DNA from: Candidatus Woesearchaeota archaeon
Lineage (GTDB): Archaea; Nanobdellota; Nanobdellia; Pacearchaeales; GW2011-AR1
NCBI GenBank assembly: GCA_964495875.1
Contig: CAZBWB010000001.1
Coordinates: 78,483-142,482 of the forward strand
Length of the DNA: 64,000 bases
Reading direction: 5' to 3'
Numbering within the stretch: the stretch's first letter is position 1; every line of letters starts with the position of its first letter. Shown one piece after another: positions 9,975-19,016 of the stretch. The notes below the pieces were generated by a model that was not told the origin of the DNA, did not search any database, and saw only the letters and a list, made by a program, of their open reading frames with translations. The position numbers and the translations under genes were made by a program.

Positions 9975-10979
9975 ATGAAAAAAGAAGTGATGCTAAGTTT
10001 AATCGGTATTTTGTTATCTTTATCAATTATGCCTTCTGTTCTGGCTTTAAATCAAGGTCTTTGTGTAAATGCAGAAGTTTCAGATATAAGTCCCAGTTCA
10101 ATTAAAGTTGGTGATGAATTTACTGTTGGAATTCATGTAGAAAATTGCGGAACAACCATTCCGGAAAATATTTCATTTGAAATATTAAGTTTTCCGCCAG
10201 ATATATCTATAAAAGAACCATTGATAAATGAAATTCCAAGAATGTGGTATGCAAATAGTGAAAGATTTCTAGTTTTTCACATGAAATTAGATGATGGGGC
10301 TGAATCTGGAACTTATGTAATAAAAACAAGATTATCTTATGGCAGTGGAAGTGCTAAATTCACAAAAGATGATGAAATATCGATAGAGGTTATTGGAGAT
10401 AAAGCAAAATTAAGCATTGCTTCTATTAAAGCAGACCCTGTCCTGCCTTACAAAGGAGAGACTGTGGAATTAACATTGAGAATTGAAAACTTCGGTGATG
10501 GAACAGCAAATGCTGTAAGAGTTTATTTAAACCATTCATTTAAGGGAATAAAAGAAGCATTTATAGGAACTTTAGACTCTGATGAGGACGGTCCTGCAGT
10601 TTTTACATTTATACCTCAAAGAAAAGGAGAATTTGAAATTCCTGTAACAATCAGCTATAAAGATGATTTTGGAGACAATGAAATTCAAACAAAAATTAAT
10701 CTTACTATTTTAAGAAAAAAAATCAACTGGATTTTAATATTATTTTTAATAGCAATCGGTTTATTTGCTATCTGGGGTTTTAGAAATTATGCAAAACTCA
10801 AAAGAACCAAAAACAAGATAATACACCAGCTTTTGAGCGGAGAAACAAAAGAAGAAACTGAAAAGACTAAAGTTCCTAAAATAAAAAAGGAAACCTATGA
10901 GGAAAAAAAGGCAAGAGAGAGAAAAGAAAGAAGAAAAAAAGAATTCAAAGAAGAAGTATTAAAAAAATATAAAAAATGA
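9975..10979 (+). CDS. secreted, membrane-anchored cell-surface protein with two CARDB-like beta domains and a Lys/Glu-rich cytoplasmic tail
   Basis: Signal peptide MKKEVMLSLIGILLSLSIMPSVLA. CARDB-like segments VGDEFTVGIHVENCGTT and GETVELTLRIENFGDGTANAVRV. C-terminal TM helix INWILILFLIAIGLFAIWGF. First gene of the ABC operon. Confidence 0.55.
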   Translation: MKKEVMLSLIGILLSLSIMPSVLALNQGLCVNAEVSDISPSSIKVGDEFTVGIHVENCGTTIPENISFEILSFPPDISIKEPLINEIPRMWYANSERFLVFHMKLDDGAESGTYVIKTRLSYGSGSAKFTKDDEISIEVIGDKAKLSIASIKADPVLPYKGETVELTLRIENFGDGTANAVRVYLNHSFKGIKEAFIGTLDSDEDGPAVFTFIPQRKGEFEIPVTISYKDDFGDNEIQTKINLTILRKKINWILILFLIAIGLFAIWGFRNYAKLKRTKNKIIHQLLSGETKEETEKTKVPKIKKETYEEKKARERKERRKKEFKEEVLKKYKK

Positions 10980-10983
10980 TACA

Positions 10984-12195
10984 ATGTTTAATGATATTAA
11001 AGTCGGACTTACTATTGCTTCAAGTTCTGTAAAAAGAGGAAACAAAAAGACAACATTTTTTATTGTATTTGTGCTGGGACTTATTTTTATGAATCTTGTA
11101 TTCTTACCTTCATTGGTAAATGGAATGATGGACCTTTTTGTGGGGTTGGTTAAAGATTATGCATATGGAAATGTCGTTATTGAACCATCAGATGATAATG
11201 CTTATATAGATGATGCAGATAATATTTTAAAGAAAATCAGAAGTATTAACGGGGTTACAGGAGTAGCAAAAAGACTGGAAGCAGGAGCATCTTTGCGTTA
11301 CAAAGAAAACATTGTTGGAGCGAGCATTCAGGGACTGGTTCCTACAGATGAAGAGGATGTGTCTTCATATCCTGATATCGTCAGTGATGGAGAATTTTTA
11401 GGAGAACTTTCAAGAGATGAAATTATGATAGGAGCCATGATTGCAGGAACAGGATTTGGAGCAGAAATATATGATAATCTTGGAGAAGTTAAGATTGGTT
11501 CTTTAATTAATGTAACTTATAACAACGGTGTTGAGAGAACATACAAGGTAAAAGGAATTATCACAGGAACATTTGAACTTACAGACTTAAATGCCCTAGT
11601 TCATTATAAAGAACTCGAATCAGCATTAGGTGAAGAAGCCCAGGGTAAAGCATCGAGCATAGTTACAAGAATAAAAAAAGAAGGACAGGAAGCAGAAATT
11701 AAGAAAAAAATTATAAACTTGGGTATAAAAGAAAAAGTTTTTACATGGCAGGAAAAATCAGAAACAATAATAAAACAGGCATTGCAGAGCATAGGAATTC
11801 TTGGAATAATGTCAAAAGTAGTAAGCCTGATTGTCGGAGCTGCATTAATTTTTATCATAATTTATATAAATACCCTGCACAGAAAAAAAGAAATTGGAAT
11901 TCTCAGAGCCATTGGAATTACGCCTAACTCAATCCGGTTGTCTTATGTTTTCATCAGTTTGTTTTATGTCAGTGTGGGAATTTTCTTGGGTTTAATTATG
12001 TTCTTTTCAGTTACATTTTATTTGCAGGCAAACCCAATGATATTTTATGAAACAATGGAAATTGCTCCTGCAGTAGAAGCAGGATTATTAATTCAGAGTA
12101 TTTTAACTATGATGGTAATGGCTGTTATAGCAGGATTTATTCCTGCATGGCTTGTTGCAAGAGAAAATATATTAAAAGCGATTTGGGGGAGATAA
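10984..12195 (+). CDS. ABC transporter permease, FtsX/MacB-like
   Basis: N-terminal TM helix, a large extracytoplasmic domain, then three C-terminal TM helices, which is the FtsX topology. Immediately followed by the ABC ATPase gene. Confidence 0.7.
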   Translation: MFNDIKVGLTIASSSVKRGNKKTTFFIVFVLGLIFMNLVFLPSLVNGMMDLFVGLVKDYAYGNVVIEPSDDNAYIDDADNILKKIRSINGVTGVAKRLEAGASLRYKENIVGASIQGLVPTDEEDVSSYPDIVSDGEFLGELSRDEIMIGAMIAGTGFGAEIYDNLGEVKIGSLINVTYNNGVERTYKVKGIITGTFELTDLNALVHYKELESALGEEAQGKASSIVTRIKKEGQEAEIKKKIINLGIKEKVFTWQEKSETIIKQALQSIGILGIMSKVVSLIVGAALIFIIIYINTLHRKKEIGILRAIGITPNSIRLSYVFISLFYVSVGIFLGLIMFFSVTFYLQANPMIFYETMEIAPAVEAGLLIQSILTMMVMAVIAGFIPAWLVARENILKAIWGR

Positions 12196-12197
12196 AA

Positions 12198-12896
12198 ATG
12201 TATAGAGACACAATGATCAAAGTCGAAAATTTAACGAGATATTACAAGTCAGGAGAAGGAGTTATAAAGGCACTGGATGGAGTTTCTTTTGAAATCAACA
12301 AAGGAGAGTTCATCGCAATAATGGGTGCAAGTGGAAGCGGAAAAACTACTATGTTAAGGATTCTTGGTTTGATTGATAAACCAACCAAAGGAGAGTATAC
12401 AATTAATAATCTTAATGTGGTTCATTTGCCAGAAGAAGAAAGAGGATATTACAGACTAACTCAATTAGGTTATATCTTTCAGGATTATGCTTTGATTAAT
12501 GAGATGACTGCTCTGGAAAATGTATATTCTTTATCTTTAATGGAAGGAAAACCAAAAAAAGACTCTCTCGCAACAGCCAAGTCCACATTGCACATCGTTG
12601 GTTTGGGTGATAAAGGCAACAGAATTCCGGACCAGCTTTCAGGGGGGGAGAAACAGAGAGTTGCTATTGCCAGGGCTATTGCCAAAAAGCCAAAAATTTT
12701 ATTTGCAGATGAACCTTGTGCAAATCTTGACACACGTCTTTCAGAACAGGTTTTGGAAGTTTTTAAAATGTTAAATGAAAAATACGGACAGACGATTGTT
12801 ATGGTTACTCATGAAAACTGGCATACCAAATATGTTTCGAGAGTAATAAAATTAAAAGACGGAAAAATTATTGCAGATTTAAAGAGAAGAAAATAA
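12198..12896 (+). CDS. ABC transporter ATP-binding protein (MacB/LolD-like)
   Basis: Walker A GASGSGKTT, ABC signature LSGGEKQRVAIARA, Walker B ILFADEP, H-loop VTHE. I chose the start at ATG 12198, preceded by GGGGAG, rather than the track start at 12147. Confidence 0.9.
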   Translation: MYRDTMIKVENLTRYYKSGEGVIKALDGVSFEINKGEFIAIMGASGSGKTTMLRILGLIDKPTKGEYTINNLNVVHLPEEERGYYRLTQLGYIFQDYALINEMTALENVYSLSLMEGKPKKDSLATAKSTLHIVGLGDKGNRIPDQLSGGEKQRVAIARAIAKKPKILFADEPCANLDTRLSEQVLEVFKMLNEKYGQTIVMVTHENWHTKYVSRVIKLKDGKIIADLKRRK

Positions 12897-12941
12897 ATTC
12901 AATAGAAATCTTTTTTAATGATTATTATTTATCTTTTACAA

Positions 12942-13013
12942 GGTCCTATAGTCCAGCGGTTAAGACGCATCGTTTACACCGATGAAACCGAGGTTCAACT
13001 CCTCGTAGGACCA
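12942..13013 (+). tRNA. tRNA-Val (anticodon TAC)
   Basis: Hand fold: acceptor GGTCCTA/TAGGACC, anticodon stem CATCG/CGATG, loop TTTACAC, T-arm CGAGG-TTCAACT-CCTCG, discriminator A. No encoded CCA. Confidence 0.75.
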
Positions 13014-13017
13014 TGTT

Positions 13018-13308
13018 TTGCAAATGACAAAAAGAACAGATGCGCAGTTATTCCGAGAATTAAGAATAAACACAGTCATAATTGCACTGGCTATGATTAT
13101 AATTTTCATTGTGAGTTTTTTTCTTAAAGATTTAGGAGAGATTTGGTATAGATTTGTCTTGCTCTTTGCAGGGCTCATGCTGCTGAGCTATTCGTTTCAA
13201 AAATATCTGCAGGAACATCCTAAAGCCAGAAATATTCTGATGTGGATACTTGGAATACTAATGATACTGGGAATTGTCATATTTGTATTCTATAAAATAT
13301 CTGTATAA
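13018..13308 (+). CDS. small membrane protein (96 aa); start uncertain
   Basis: Two to three hydrophobic helices. Begins 5 nt after the tRNA-Val 3' end. Confidence 0.3.
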   Translation: MQMTKRTDAQLFRELRINTVIIALAMIIIFIVSFFLKDLGEIWYRFVLLFAGLMLLSYSFQKYLQEHPKARNILMWILGILMILGIVIFVFYKISV

Positions 13309-13367
13309 AACAGATTCAACAATTCAAAATTAGAAAAAATTATAAATTAGATATTATTATTCATATA

Positions 13368-13610
13368 ATGGAACCTTCACAGTTGTATATTGTGATTTCA
13401 ATTTCGGTTTTATTGATAATTGTTATTCTGTCAATTCTTGTAAGAAAAAACAAAAAGAAATCCAGACTCACCCCCTTAGCAGGTTTGGCTTTTGGATTTA
13501 TCATAGCAGGAATCGTCTTTGGAGGCAACAGATTTATTGGTTATAGTCTAATCGGAATAGGTGTTCTGCTTGCAGTAATTGACATTATTAAGAAATTAAA
13601 GAAGAAATAA
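13368..13610 (+). CDS. small membrane protein (80 aa)
   Basis: Two predicted TM helices and a KKLKKK C-terminus. Confidence 0.35.
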   Translation: MEPSQLYIVISISVLLIIVILSILVRKNKKKSRLTPLAGLAFGFIIAGIVFGGNRFIGYSLIGIGVLLAVIDIIKKLKKK

Positions 13611-13672
13611 ATATGGGATTATAATAATTCAGATAAATATTAAAAACATATTTTTCTAATAAAAACATATTT

Positions 13673-13792
13673 GCGCAAGTAGTATAGTGGTTAGTATTTT
13701 TCGTTGCCAATGAAAACTGCTGCGGATTTTCGTCTTGCAGTTAGTTTGATAACAAACACGAAGAGACCCGGGTTCGAGTCCCGGCTTGCGCA
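13673..13792 (+). tRNA. tRNA-Gly (anticodon GCC) with a ~48-nt intron (about 13710-13757 if placed at 37/38)
   Basis: Acceptor GCGCAAG/CTTGCGC+A. D-arm GTAT-AGTGGTTA-GTAT. Anticodon stem TTTCG, loop TTGCCAA. T-arm CCGGG-TTCGAGT-CCCGG. About 48 extra nt separate the anticodon loop from the distal 3' stem strand CGAAG. The exact intron position is ambiguous (37/38 versus distal) because the intron 5' end ATGAAAA mimics the 3' stem strand. Confidence 0.55.
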
Positions 13793-13901
13793 TATATTGG
13801 ACGAGAATCCAGGGGTTCGACGAGCATTTACACGAGCCTAATCCATAAGAAAAAGAGTGTGGATGGGAGCTTTCCCGGCTTGCGCATATATTGGACGAGA
13901 A
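13780..13901. repeat. 28-nt perfect direct repeat (cccggcttgcgcatatattggacgagaa), two copies, spanning the tRNA-Gly 3' end plus 15 nt of flank
   Basis: Copy 1 at 13780-13807 (last 13 nt of the tRNA plus flank). Copy 2 at 13874-13901. A further partial cttgcgca lies at 13905-13912. Confidence 0.65.
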
Positions 13902-13925
13902 CCTCTTGCGCATTTTTTATAAAAC

Positions 13926-14252
13926 TTATTCTTCTGTCGGATAAATTATTCTGGGCCAGCCTCTTTCATCCCATTCCATTTCAAATCTTTGATACTCCCC
14001 ATCTCTATCATAAAACTTTATAACACTTTCAATCTGTGAGTCATCATTAAAATTTTCATTACTCAAAACAGTGAAATCAGTGTTCTTCCTATAACCTCCA
14101 ACATCAATAGCATTTGGTGCAAGATTATTTTTTGTATCTGTAAAATAATCAATAAGCCCTAGAGCAACAAAGAACATACCTGCTCCAATAATCACCTTCC
14201 ATGTTCTTCTTTTTCTTGGATTTTTTTGTTTCACATTTTTTTCAAGACTCAT
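13926..14252 (-). CDS. small membrane-anchored hypothetical protein (108 aa)
   Basis: N-terminal basic stretch then TM helix VIIGAGMFFVALGLI, followed by an extracellular domain. Confidence 0.4.
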   Translation of the reverse strand: MSLEKNVKQKNPRKRRTWKVIIGAGMFFVALGLIDYFTDTKNNLAPNAIDVGGYRKNTDFTVLSNENFNDDSQIESVIKFYDRDGEYQRFEMEWDERGWPRIIYPTEE

Positions 14253-14363
14253 ATTTTAAAAATCGGATAGCAAATTTTTAAATTTTGTTATTATTTAAAG
14301 AATATTTGAAAACTTTTTAAATGTCTTATCCTATTTTATATAAAAGAGGACTGATAAAAAAGA

Positions 14364-15218
14364 ATGATTGAGATACCAATTCTTGGAGCAATTGCATTAG
14401 CTGCAGGAACAATTCTGCAAAAAACAATTTTAAGAAAAAAGAAAATCAACATAAAGCTTTATCAAACTCTTGAATTTGCGGCAATTACTATTGTAATGCT
14501 GCCTTTGATATATTTTTTCTGGAAACTGGAATCCCCTGCACTGGAATTAAAAAATTTGTTCATATTTTCCCTGGTAATCCTGTTCTCAATAATTGCAAAT
14601 CTCTTCACATTTTTCTCAATGAAATGGGAAAAAGTTTCAAATCTCGAACCTGCAAAAGTTCTTGAACCTTTGTTTGTAATATTGCTGGCTGTGATATTTA
14701 GTTTTATTTTTGGAGAAGTTCTTTATGAAAGAAAGTTTAATGTTCTTATTCCTGCAATAATTGCAGCAGCTACTCTTGTTTTTTCCCATATAAGGAAACA
14801 TCATCTTGATTTCAATAAATATTTTTTAGCAGCAATAATCGGAAGTTTTTTCTTTGCACTTGAATTAGTGATATCAAGATTAATTCTTAATTTTTATTCG
14901 CCAATTAGTTTTTATTTTTTAAGATGCTCTGCAATTTTTTTAATTAGTCTTATCTTATTCCGTCCAAGTCTTAAACAGACAGACAAAAAAGTGCGCTTCC
15001 ATGTTTTTTTAATAGGTTTAATTTGGGTAATTTACAGAGTTATTATTTATTATGGTTATCTGAATATAGGTGTGATTTTCACCACCCTGATAATAATGCT
15101 CGGTCCGATTTTCATATACTTATTTGCCCATATCTTCTTGAAAGAAAAAATTAAAATAAGGAATATAATTGCAGCACTTGTTATAGTTGCCTGCATTGCA
15201 TATGCCAGTCTTACATAA
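14364..15218 (+). CDS. polytopic membrane protein, DMT/EamA-like transporter fold
   Basis: About 10 hydrophobic helices in two halves. Confidence 0.45.
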   Translation: MIEIPILGAIALAAGTILQKTILRKKKINIKLYQTLEFAAITIVMLPLIYFFWKLESPALELKNLFIFSLVILFSIIANLFTFFSMKWEKVSNLEPAKVLEPLFVILLAVIFSFIFGEVLYERKFNVLIPAIIAAATLVFSHIRKHHLDFNKYFLAAIIGSFFFALELVISRLILNFYSPISFYFLRCSAIFLISLILFRPSLKQTDKKVRFHVFLIGLIWVIYRVIIYYGYLNIGVIFTTLIIMLGPIFIYLFAHIFLKEKIKIRNIIAALVIVACIAYASLT

Positions 15219-15307
15219 TTTTATAACTCTACAATTCTTTTTTTGGAGTAACTGCAGAATAACAACAATATAGAAAGATTTATAAATATCTTATTTCTGA
15301 AAAATTC

Positions 15308-16474
15308 ATGCAAACAAAAAATAAAAAAAGATTAGGACTCGCAGGACTTGTGCTTGGTGGAGCATTATCTCTTTTATCTCCTGCATATGCTCAAGATAAA
15401 GAAAAGGTTGAAATTGAATCTGAAAATACTTCTTCTGAAATAATCGCAACTTTTCAATATGATAGTCATAGAGCAGGATATGAAGGAAAAAGTCCTTTCC
15501 TGACATATAATATATGGAGTGATAATACAATTTCTCGGGAAGGTTCAGATGCAAGATTTGCACCAATATGGTTTTGGGATGTTGACGGAGATGGAGAATT
15601 CGGAGATGCAGAAATAGAAGCAATGAAATCCGGAAAATTAGTATACATGCATCCTGCATTTAATAAAATAGCAAACAGAAAATTAAGAAGAGCAATGAGA
15701 AAAGCATTTGGCTATCATAAACCTTCAGATTTTAAATATGAAAAAATTCCAGAAGAAGTCTCATTAGAACCTCCAAAAGTTCAGGAACATGAAGTTCCTT
15801 TGGCAGAATCTTTGCCAGAAACTGCAGAAGAAGAGGAAAAAACAGAGAAAGTTGTATTGCCAGAAACTGCAGAAGAAGAGGAAAAAACAGAGAAAGTTGT
15901 ATTGCCAGAAACTGCACTGCCAGAATATACAGAAAAAGAGAGAAAAACAAAATCAACTCCTGTAAGTTTAATTTTCGGAGCAAATTCTAATGCTAAATTT
16001 GATAGTTTTGGCGGAACTTTCGGAGTTAGAGTAAATCCTTTTAAGAATAAAAAAATCGGTCTTGGAGCATTAATGGACGTTGGAGGAGCGCTAGACAAAC
16101 AAATCGATACTTATTCCAGAACTTTTTCAAATGGAAGAACTTTTTATGGAGAACTAAATGATAAAGATATATTTTCAATTGGTGGTTCATTAGAATTTCA
16201 ATATGGTCCTTTATTCTTTGGAGGAGGAATAGATAGTGAAAGATTTATAAGAGAAGTTATAGAACAAATACGAAGTGTAAATGGAAATGTATTAAAATCA
16301 AATACAAATTCAGTTTCTGACAGACAAGTATTTGGAAAAATTTATGGGGGAGGTGGAATTCCAATAGGAAAAAGAAAAAATTTGAGAATTGAGGGACTTC
16401 TTGGTTATGATGCTTCAGAGGGATTTTATTATGGAATTAGAAGCAGTGCAAGATTAAATCCAAATAAAGAATAA
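15308..16474 (+). CDS. secreted protein with tandem LPETAEEEEKTEKVV repeats and a Gly-rich beta-strand C-terminal domain
   Basis: Signal peptide MQTKNKKRLGLAGLVLGGALSLLSPAYAQ. A 15-aa tandem repeat occurs twice plus a partial. The C-terminal half has alternating hydrophobic/Gly patterning. Confidence 0.55.
   Translation: MQTKNKKRLGLAGLVLGGALSLLSPAYAQDKEKVEIESENTSSEIIATFQYDSHRAGYEGKSPFLTYNIWSDNTISREGSDARFAPIWFWDVDGDGEFGDAEIEAMKSGKLVYMHPAFNKIANRKLRRAMRKAFGYHKPSDFKYEKIPEEVSLEPPKVQEHEVPLAESLPETAEEEEKTEKVVLPETAEEEEKTEKVVLPETALPEYTEKERKTKSTPVSLIFGANSNAKFDSFGGTFGVRVNPFKNKKIGLGALMDVGGALDKQIDTYSRTFSNGRTFYGELNDKDIFSIGGSLEFQYGPLFFGGGIDSERFIREVIEQIRSVNGNVLKSNTNSVSDRQVFGKIYGGGGIPIGKRKNLRIEGLLGYDASEGFYYGIRSSARLNPNKE
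15812..15916. repeat. 45-bp perfect tandem repeat, 2.3 copies, inside the coding region
   Basis: ttgccagaaactgcagaagaagaggaaaaaacagagaaagttgta at 15812-15856 and 15857-15901, then a partial copy. Confidence 0.85.
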
Positions 16475-16475
16475 A

Positions 16476-18440
16476 ATGAAACTCTTAAAAATTTTATCAT
16501 TTTTGATTTTAAGTATATTCTTATTTAATTTGGTTTCTGCAGTAATTTTTGATGCTGAATGGAGCGATGGAAGCCAAATTGCAACAATCACTAATGGACA
16601 AAGTATAAATCTTATTATTCCAGATGGGGGTTCAATGAATCCTCCTGTAACAATGACAATTAAATTAGATTCAAATACAATTTATACTAATAATAATTTT
16701 AACTTTCCAGATCCATTTTTATTTACAATAACTCCTTCTTATTATAATTCACAATCAGGAATTTATGAAATAAGTGTTGTTGGAACAGATAGTTTTGGTA
16801 GTTGGCCTGAATTTTTAACTTTAAAAGTAAATCCTGCTTCACAAGATACAACTCCTCCTGTAATAACTCTTTTAGGAGCAAATCCTCAGATAATTCAGCA
16901 AGGAGATCCTTATCTTGAACAAGGAGCAACTGCCTGGGATAATGTTGATGGAGATTTAACTTCAGAAATTATAATAGATGCAAGTGATGTTTATCCAAAT
17001 ATTGCCGGAACTTATACAGTAACTTATACTGTTTCAGACAGTTCAGCGAACACTGCTGTAAAAATAAGAACTGTTGAAGTTGTTCAGTGTCCTCCGCAAA
17101 ACAATCCGCCTGTCATAACTTCTTCTCCTGTAACACAAGTAAATGAAAATCAGTATTACAGTTATAATGTTGATGCAACTGATTTGGACGGAGATATTTT
17201 AACATACTCATTAATTAAAAAACCAAGCTGGTTATCAATAAATCCTTCTACTGGATTAATCACTGGAACAGCAAATGAAGTTGATTCAGATACTGGCTAT
17301 AGTGTCAAGGTAAAAGTATCTGATGGTGAAGATTATGATATACAAAGTTATGTTTTAACTGTAAAGAATGTTCCTTGTCCTCCGCAAAATAATCCGCCTG
17401 TCATAACTTCCACTCCTGATACACAAATCAATGAAAATCAGTATTATAGTTATAATGTTGATGCAACTGACTTGGACGGAGATGTTTTAATATATTCACT
17501 AGTCAAGGCACCGCCATGGTTGTCTATTAATCAAAATACAGGAGTTATTTCAGGAACAGTACCTGAAGTAGATTATGATGAATCTCATACTATAAAAGTG
17601 AAAGTTTCAGATGGAAAAGCTTATGATATACAAATATATACTTTAACTGTTAAAGACACAACTTGTCCTCCGCAAAATCATGCTCCTGTAATCACATCAA
17701 CGCCAGTTATTACATCAGTAAATGAAAAAACATTATATACTTATCAGGTAACTGCAACAGATTCTGACGGAGATTCATTAACTTACTCACTTACTCAAAA
17801 ACCAAGTTGGTTATCAATCAACTCAAATACAGGATTAATCACAGGAACTGCTCCAGAAGTATATTATAATAAATATTACACTATAAAAGTGAAGGTATCT
17901 GATGGAGAAGATTATGACACTCAAACATATGTTTTAACTGTAAAGAATGTTCTTTGCCCTTCAGAAAATCATGCCCCTGTTATAACTTCCACTCCTGTAA
18001 CTAAAGTTGATGAAGGAGAGCAATATATTTATGATGTTGAAGCGAGTGATGAAGATGGAGATGTTTTAACATATTCACTGCTTCAAAAACCATGCTGGCT
18101 TTCTATAAATTCAAATACAGGATTAATATCAGGAACAGCACCTGAAGTAGATTATGATGAATCTCATACTATAAAAGTGAAAGTGTCTGATGGTGAAGAT
18201 TATGATATACAAACATTCACCTTGAAAGTTAGAGATGAAGATGATAATGAAGATGATGATTCTGATTCAAGTTCATATGATATTTATGGAGATTCTTATT
18301 ATGAACAATTATATTGGGACCAATTTAAACCAAAAACAATTTATATTGCTGAAGAAGAGGAAGAAGAAACTCTCAACTGGTTCCAGAAATTAATAAGAGC
18401 AATAGTCAATTTCTTTGAGAGATTATTTGGTTTAAAATAA
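16476..18440 (+). CDS. large secreted adhesin-like protein with an N-terminal Ig-like domain and four tandem cadherin-like (dystroglycan-type / He_PIG-like) ~100-aa repeats
   Basis: N-terminal signal/TM. Segment TTPPVITLLGANPQI...GATAWDNVDGDLTSEII resembles DUF5011/HYR-type Ig. Four repeats share CPPQNNPPVITS.P...NENQYYSYNVDATDLDGD.LTYSL...P.WLSIN..TG.I.GTA.EVD.....T.KVKVSDGEDYD.Q.Y.LTV. Acidic C-terminus. Confidence 0.6.
   Translation: MKLLKILSFLILSIFLFNLVSAVIFDAEWSDGSQIATITNGQSINLIIPDGGSMNPPVTMTIKLDSNTIYTNNNFNFPDPFLFTITPSYYNSQSGIYEISVVGTDSFGSWPEFLTLKVNPASQDTTPPVITLLGANPQIIQQGDPYLEQGATAWDNVDGDLTSEIIIDASDVYPNIAGTYTVTYTVSDSSANTAVKIRTVEVVQCPPQNNPPVITSSPVTQVNENQYYSYNVDATDLDGDILTYSLIKKPSWLSINPSTGLITGTANEVDSDTGYSVKVKVSDGEDYDIQSYVLTVKNVPCPPQNNPPVITSTPDTQINENQYYSYNVDATDLDGDVLIYSLVKAPPWLSINQNTGVISGTVPEVDYDESHTIKVKVSDGKAYDIQIYTLTVKDTTCPPQNHAPVITSTPVITSVNEKTLYTYQVTATDSDGDSLTYSLTQKPSWLSINSNTGLITGTAPEVYYNKYYTIKVKVSDGEDYDTQTYVLTVKNVLCPSENHAPVITSTPVTKVDEGEQYIYDVEASDEDGDVLTYSLLQKPCWLSINSNTGLISGTAPEVDYDESHTIKVKVSDGEDYDIQTFTLKVRDEDDNEDDDSDSSSYDIYGDSYYEQLYWDQFKPKTIYIAEEEEEETLNWFQKLIRAIVNFFERLFGLK
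17089..18230. repeat. four tandem ~290-300-bp intragenic repeats encoding the cadherin-like domains
   Basis: Repeat units begin near 17089, 17389, 17689 and 17980, each at tgtcctccgcaaaa(t/c)aatccgcctgt or a close variant. Confidence 0.65.
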
Positions 18441-18474
18441 ATGCCAAAATAAAGATAAAAACTAATTTATTAAA

Positions 18475-18696
18475 ATGGCTGAACCTTTCAAAATCATATT
18501 GTATGGGAGTCCTGAATGTCCTGAATTAAAAACTCCTGTTAACAGGACATCAAAAACATTCTGCCCGAGGTTAAAAAGAGATATATCTGGAAATGGAACT
18601 CCAGTTTGTTTTTATCTAACAAAGAGAAATAGATGTTCTTTTGAAGGAAGATTTCGTAAAGATGAATGTTTATTAGTGCCTTATTTAGAGGATTAA
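18475..18696 (+). CDS. small Cys-containing hypothetical protein (73 aa)
   Basis: ORF from the track. Five Cys residues. No motif recognised. Confidence 0.25.
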   Translation: MAEPFKIILYGSPECPELKTPVNRTSKTFCPRLKRDISGNGTPVCFYLTKRNRCSFEGRFRKDECLLVPYLED

Positions 18697-18739
18697 TTGA
18701 TATGTCATTTATGCTATTTTGAGTTAATTGATATAATTT

Positions 18740-19015
18740 TTAAAATTTCTTTAAATAAATTTTATCATGATGGGCAAAATCAGTAAAATAAATCAAACTT
18801 TCTTTTTTATTGAACCTAAAAACCAAAACAAATTGTGCTATATGAACCCTTCTAAATTCCTTTAAATTGTATCTTAAGTTTTTATAATGTTCTGGGTCAG
18901 AAGAATTAATTACTTCATGTATTTTTTTCAAAATCTGCTCATAAAGTTTTTTATTTTTTTTAGATAATTTTAAAAGAATTTTATCAAGATTTTTACTTAT
19001 CTTGTAATTAAACAT
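18740..19015 (-). CDS. RelE/ParE-family type II toxin
   Basis: NLRYNLKEFRRVHIAQFVLVFRFNKKESLIYFTDFAHHDKIY matches the RelE/ParE core (KEFRRV...YRLVY...H). 91 aa. The antitoxin gene lies immediately upstream. Confidence 0.6.
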   Translation of the reverse strand: MFNYKISKNLDKILLKLSKKNKKLYEQILKKIHEVINSSDPEHYKNLRYNLKEFRRVHIAQFVLVFRFNKKESLIYFTDFAHHDKIYLKKF

Positions 19016-19016
19016 T

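Noticed and set aside
13656-13913. 85-aa minus-strand ORF
   Set aside because: It lies over the tRNA-Gly gene and the 28-nt direct repeats. Its Cys/Arg/Ser-rich composition reflects GC-rich RNA-gene sequence rather than coding.
15816-15916. LPETA motifs as sortase (LPxTG) sorting signals
   Set aside because: The motif is internal, repeated and followed by acidic residues rather than a C-terminal TM and positive tail. Sortase-type anchoring is bacterial; I treat it as coincidental.
15781-16098. 105-aa and 83-aa antisense ORFs with internal repeats
   Set aside because: They are mirror images of the 45-bp tandem repeat within the secreted-protein gene on the plus strand.
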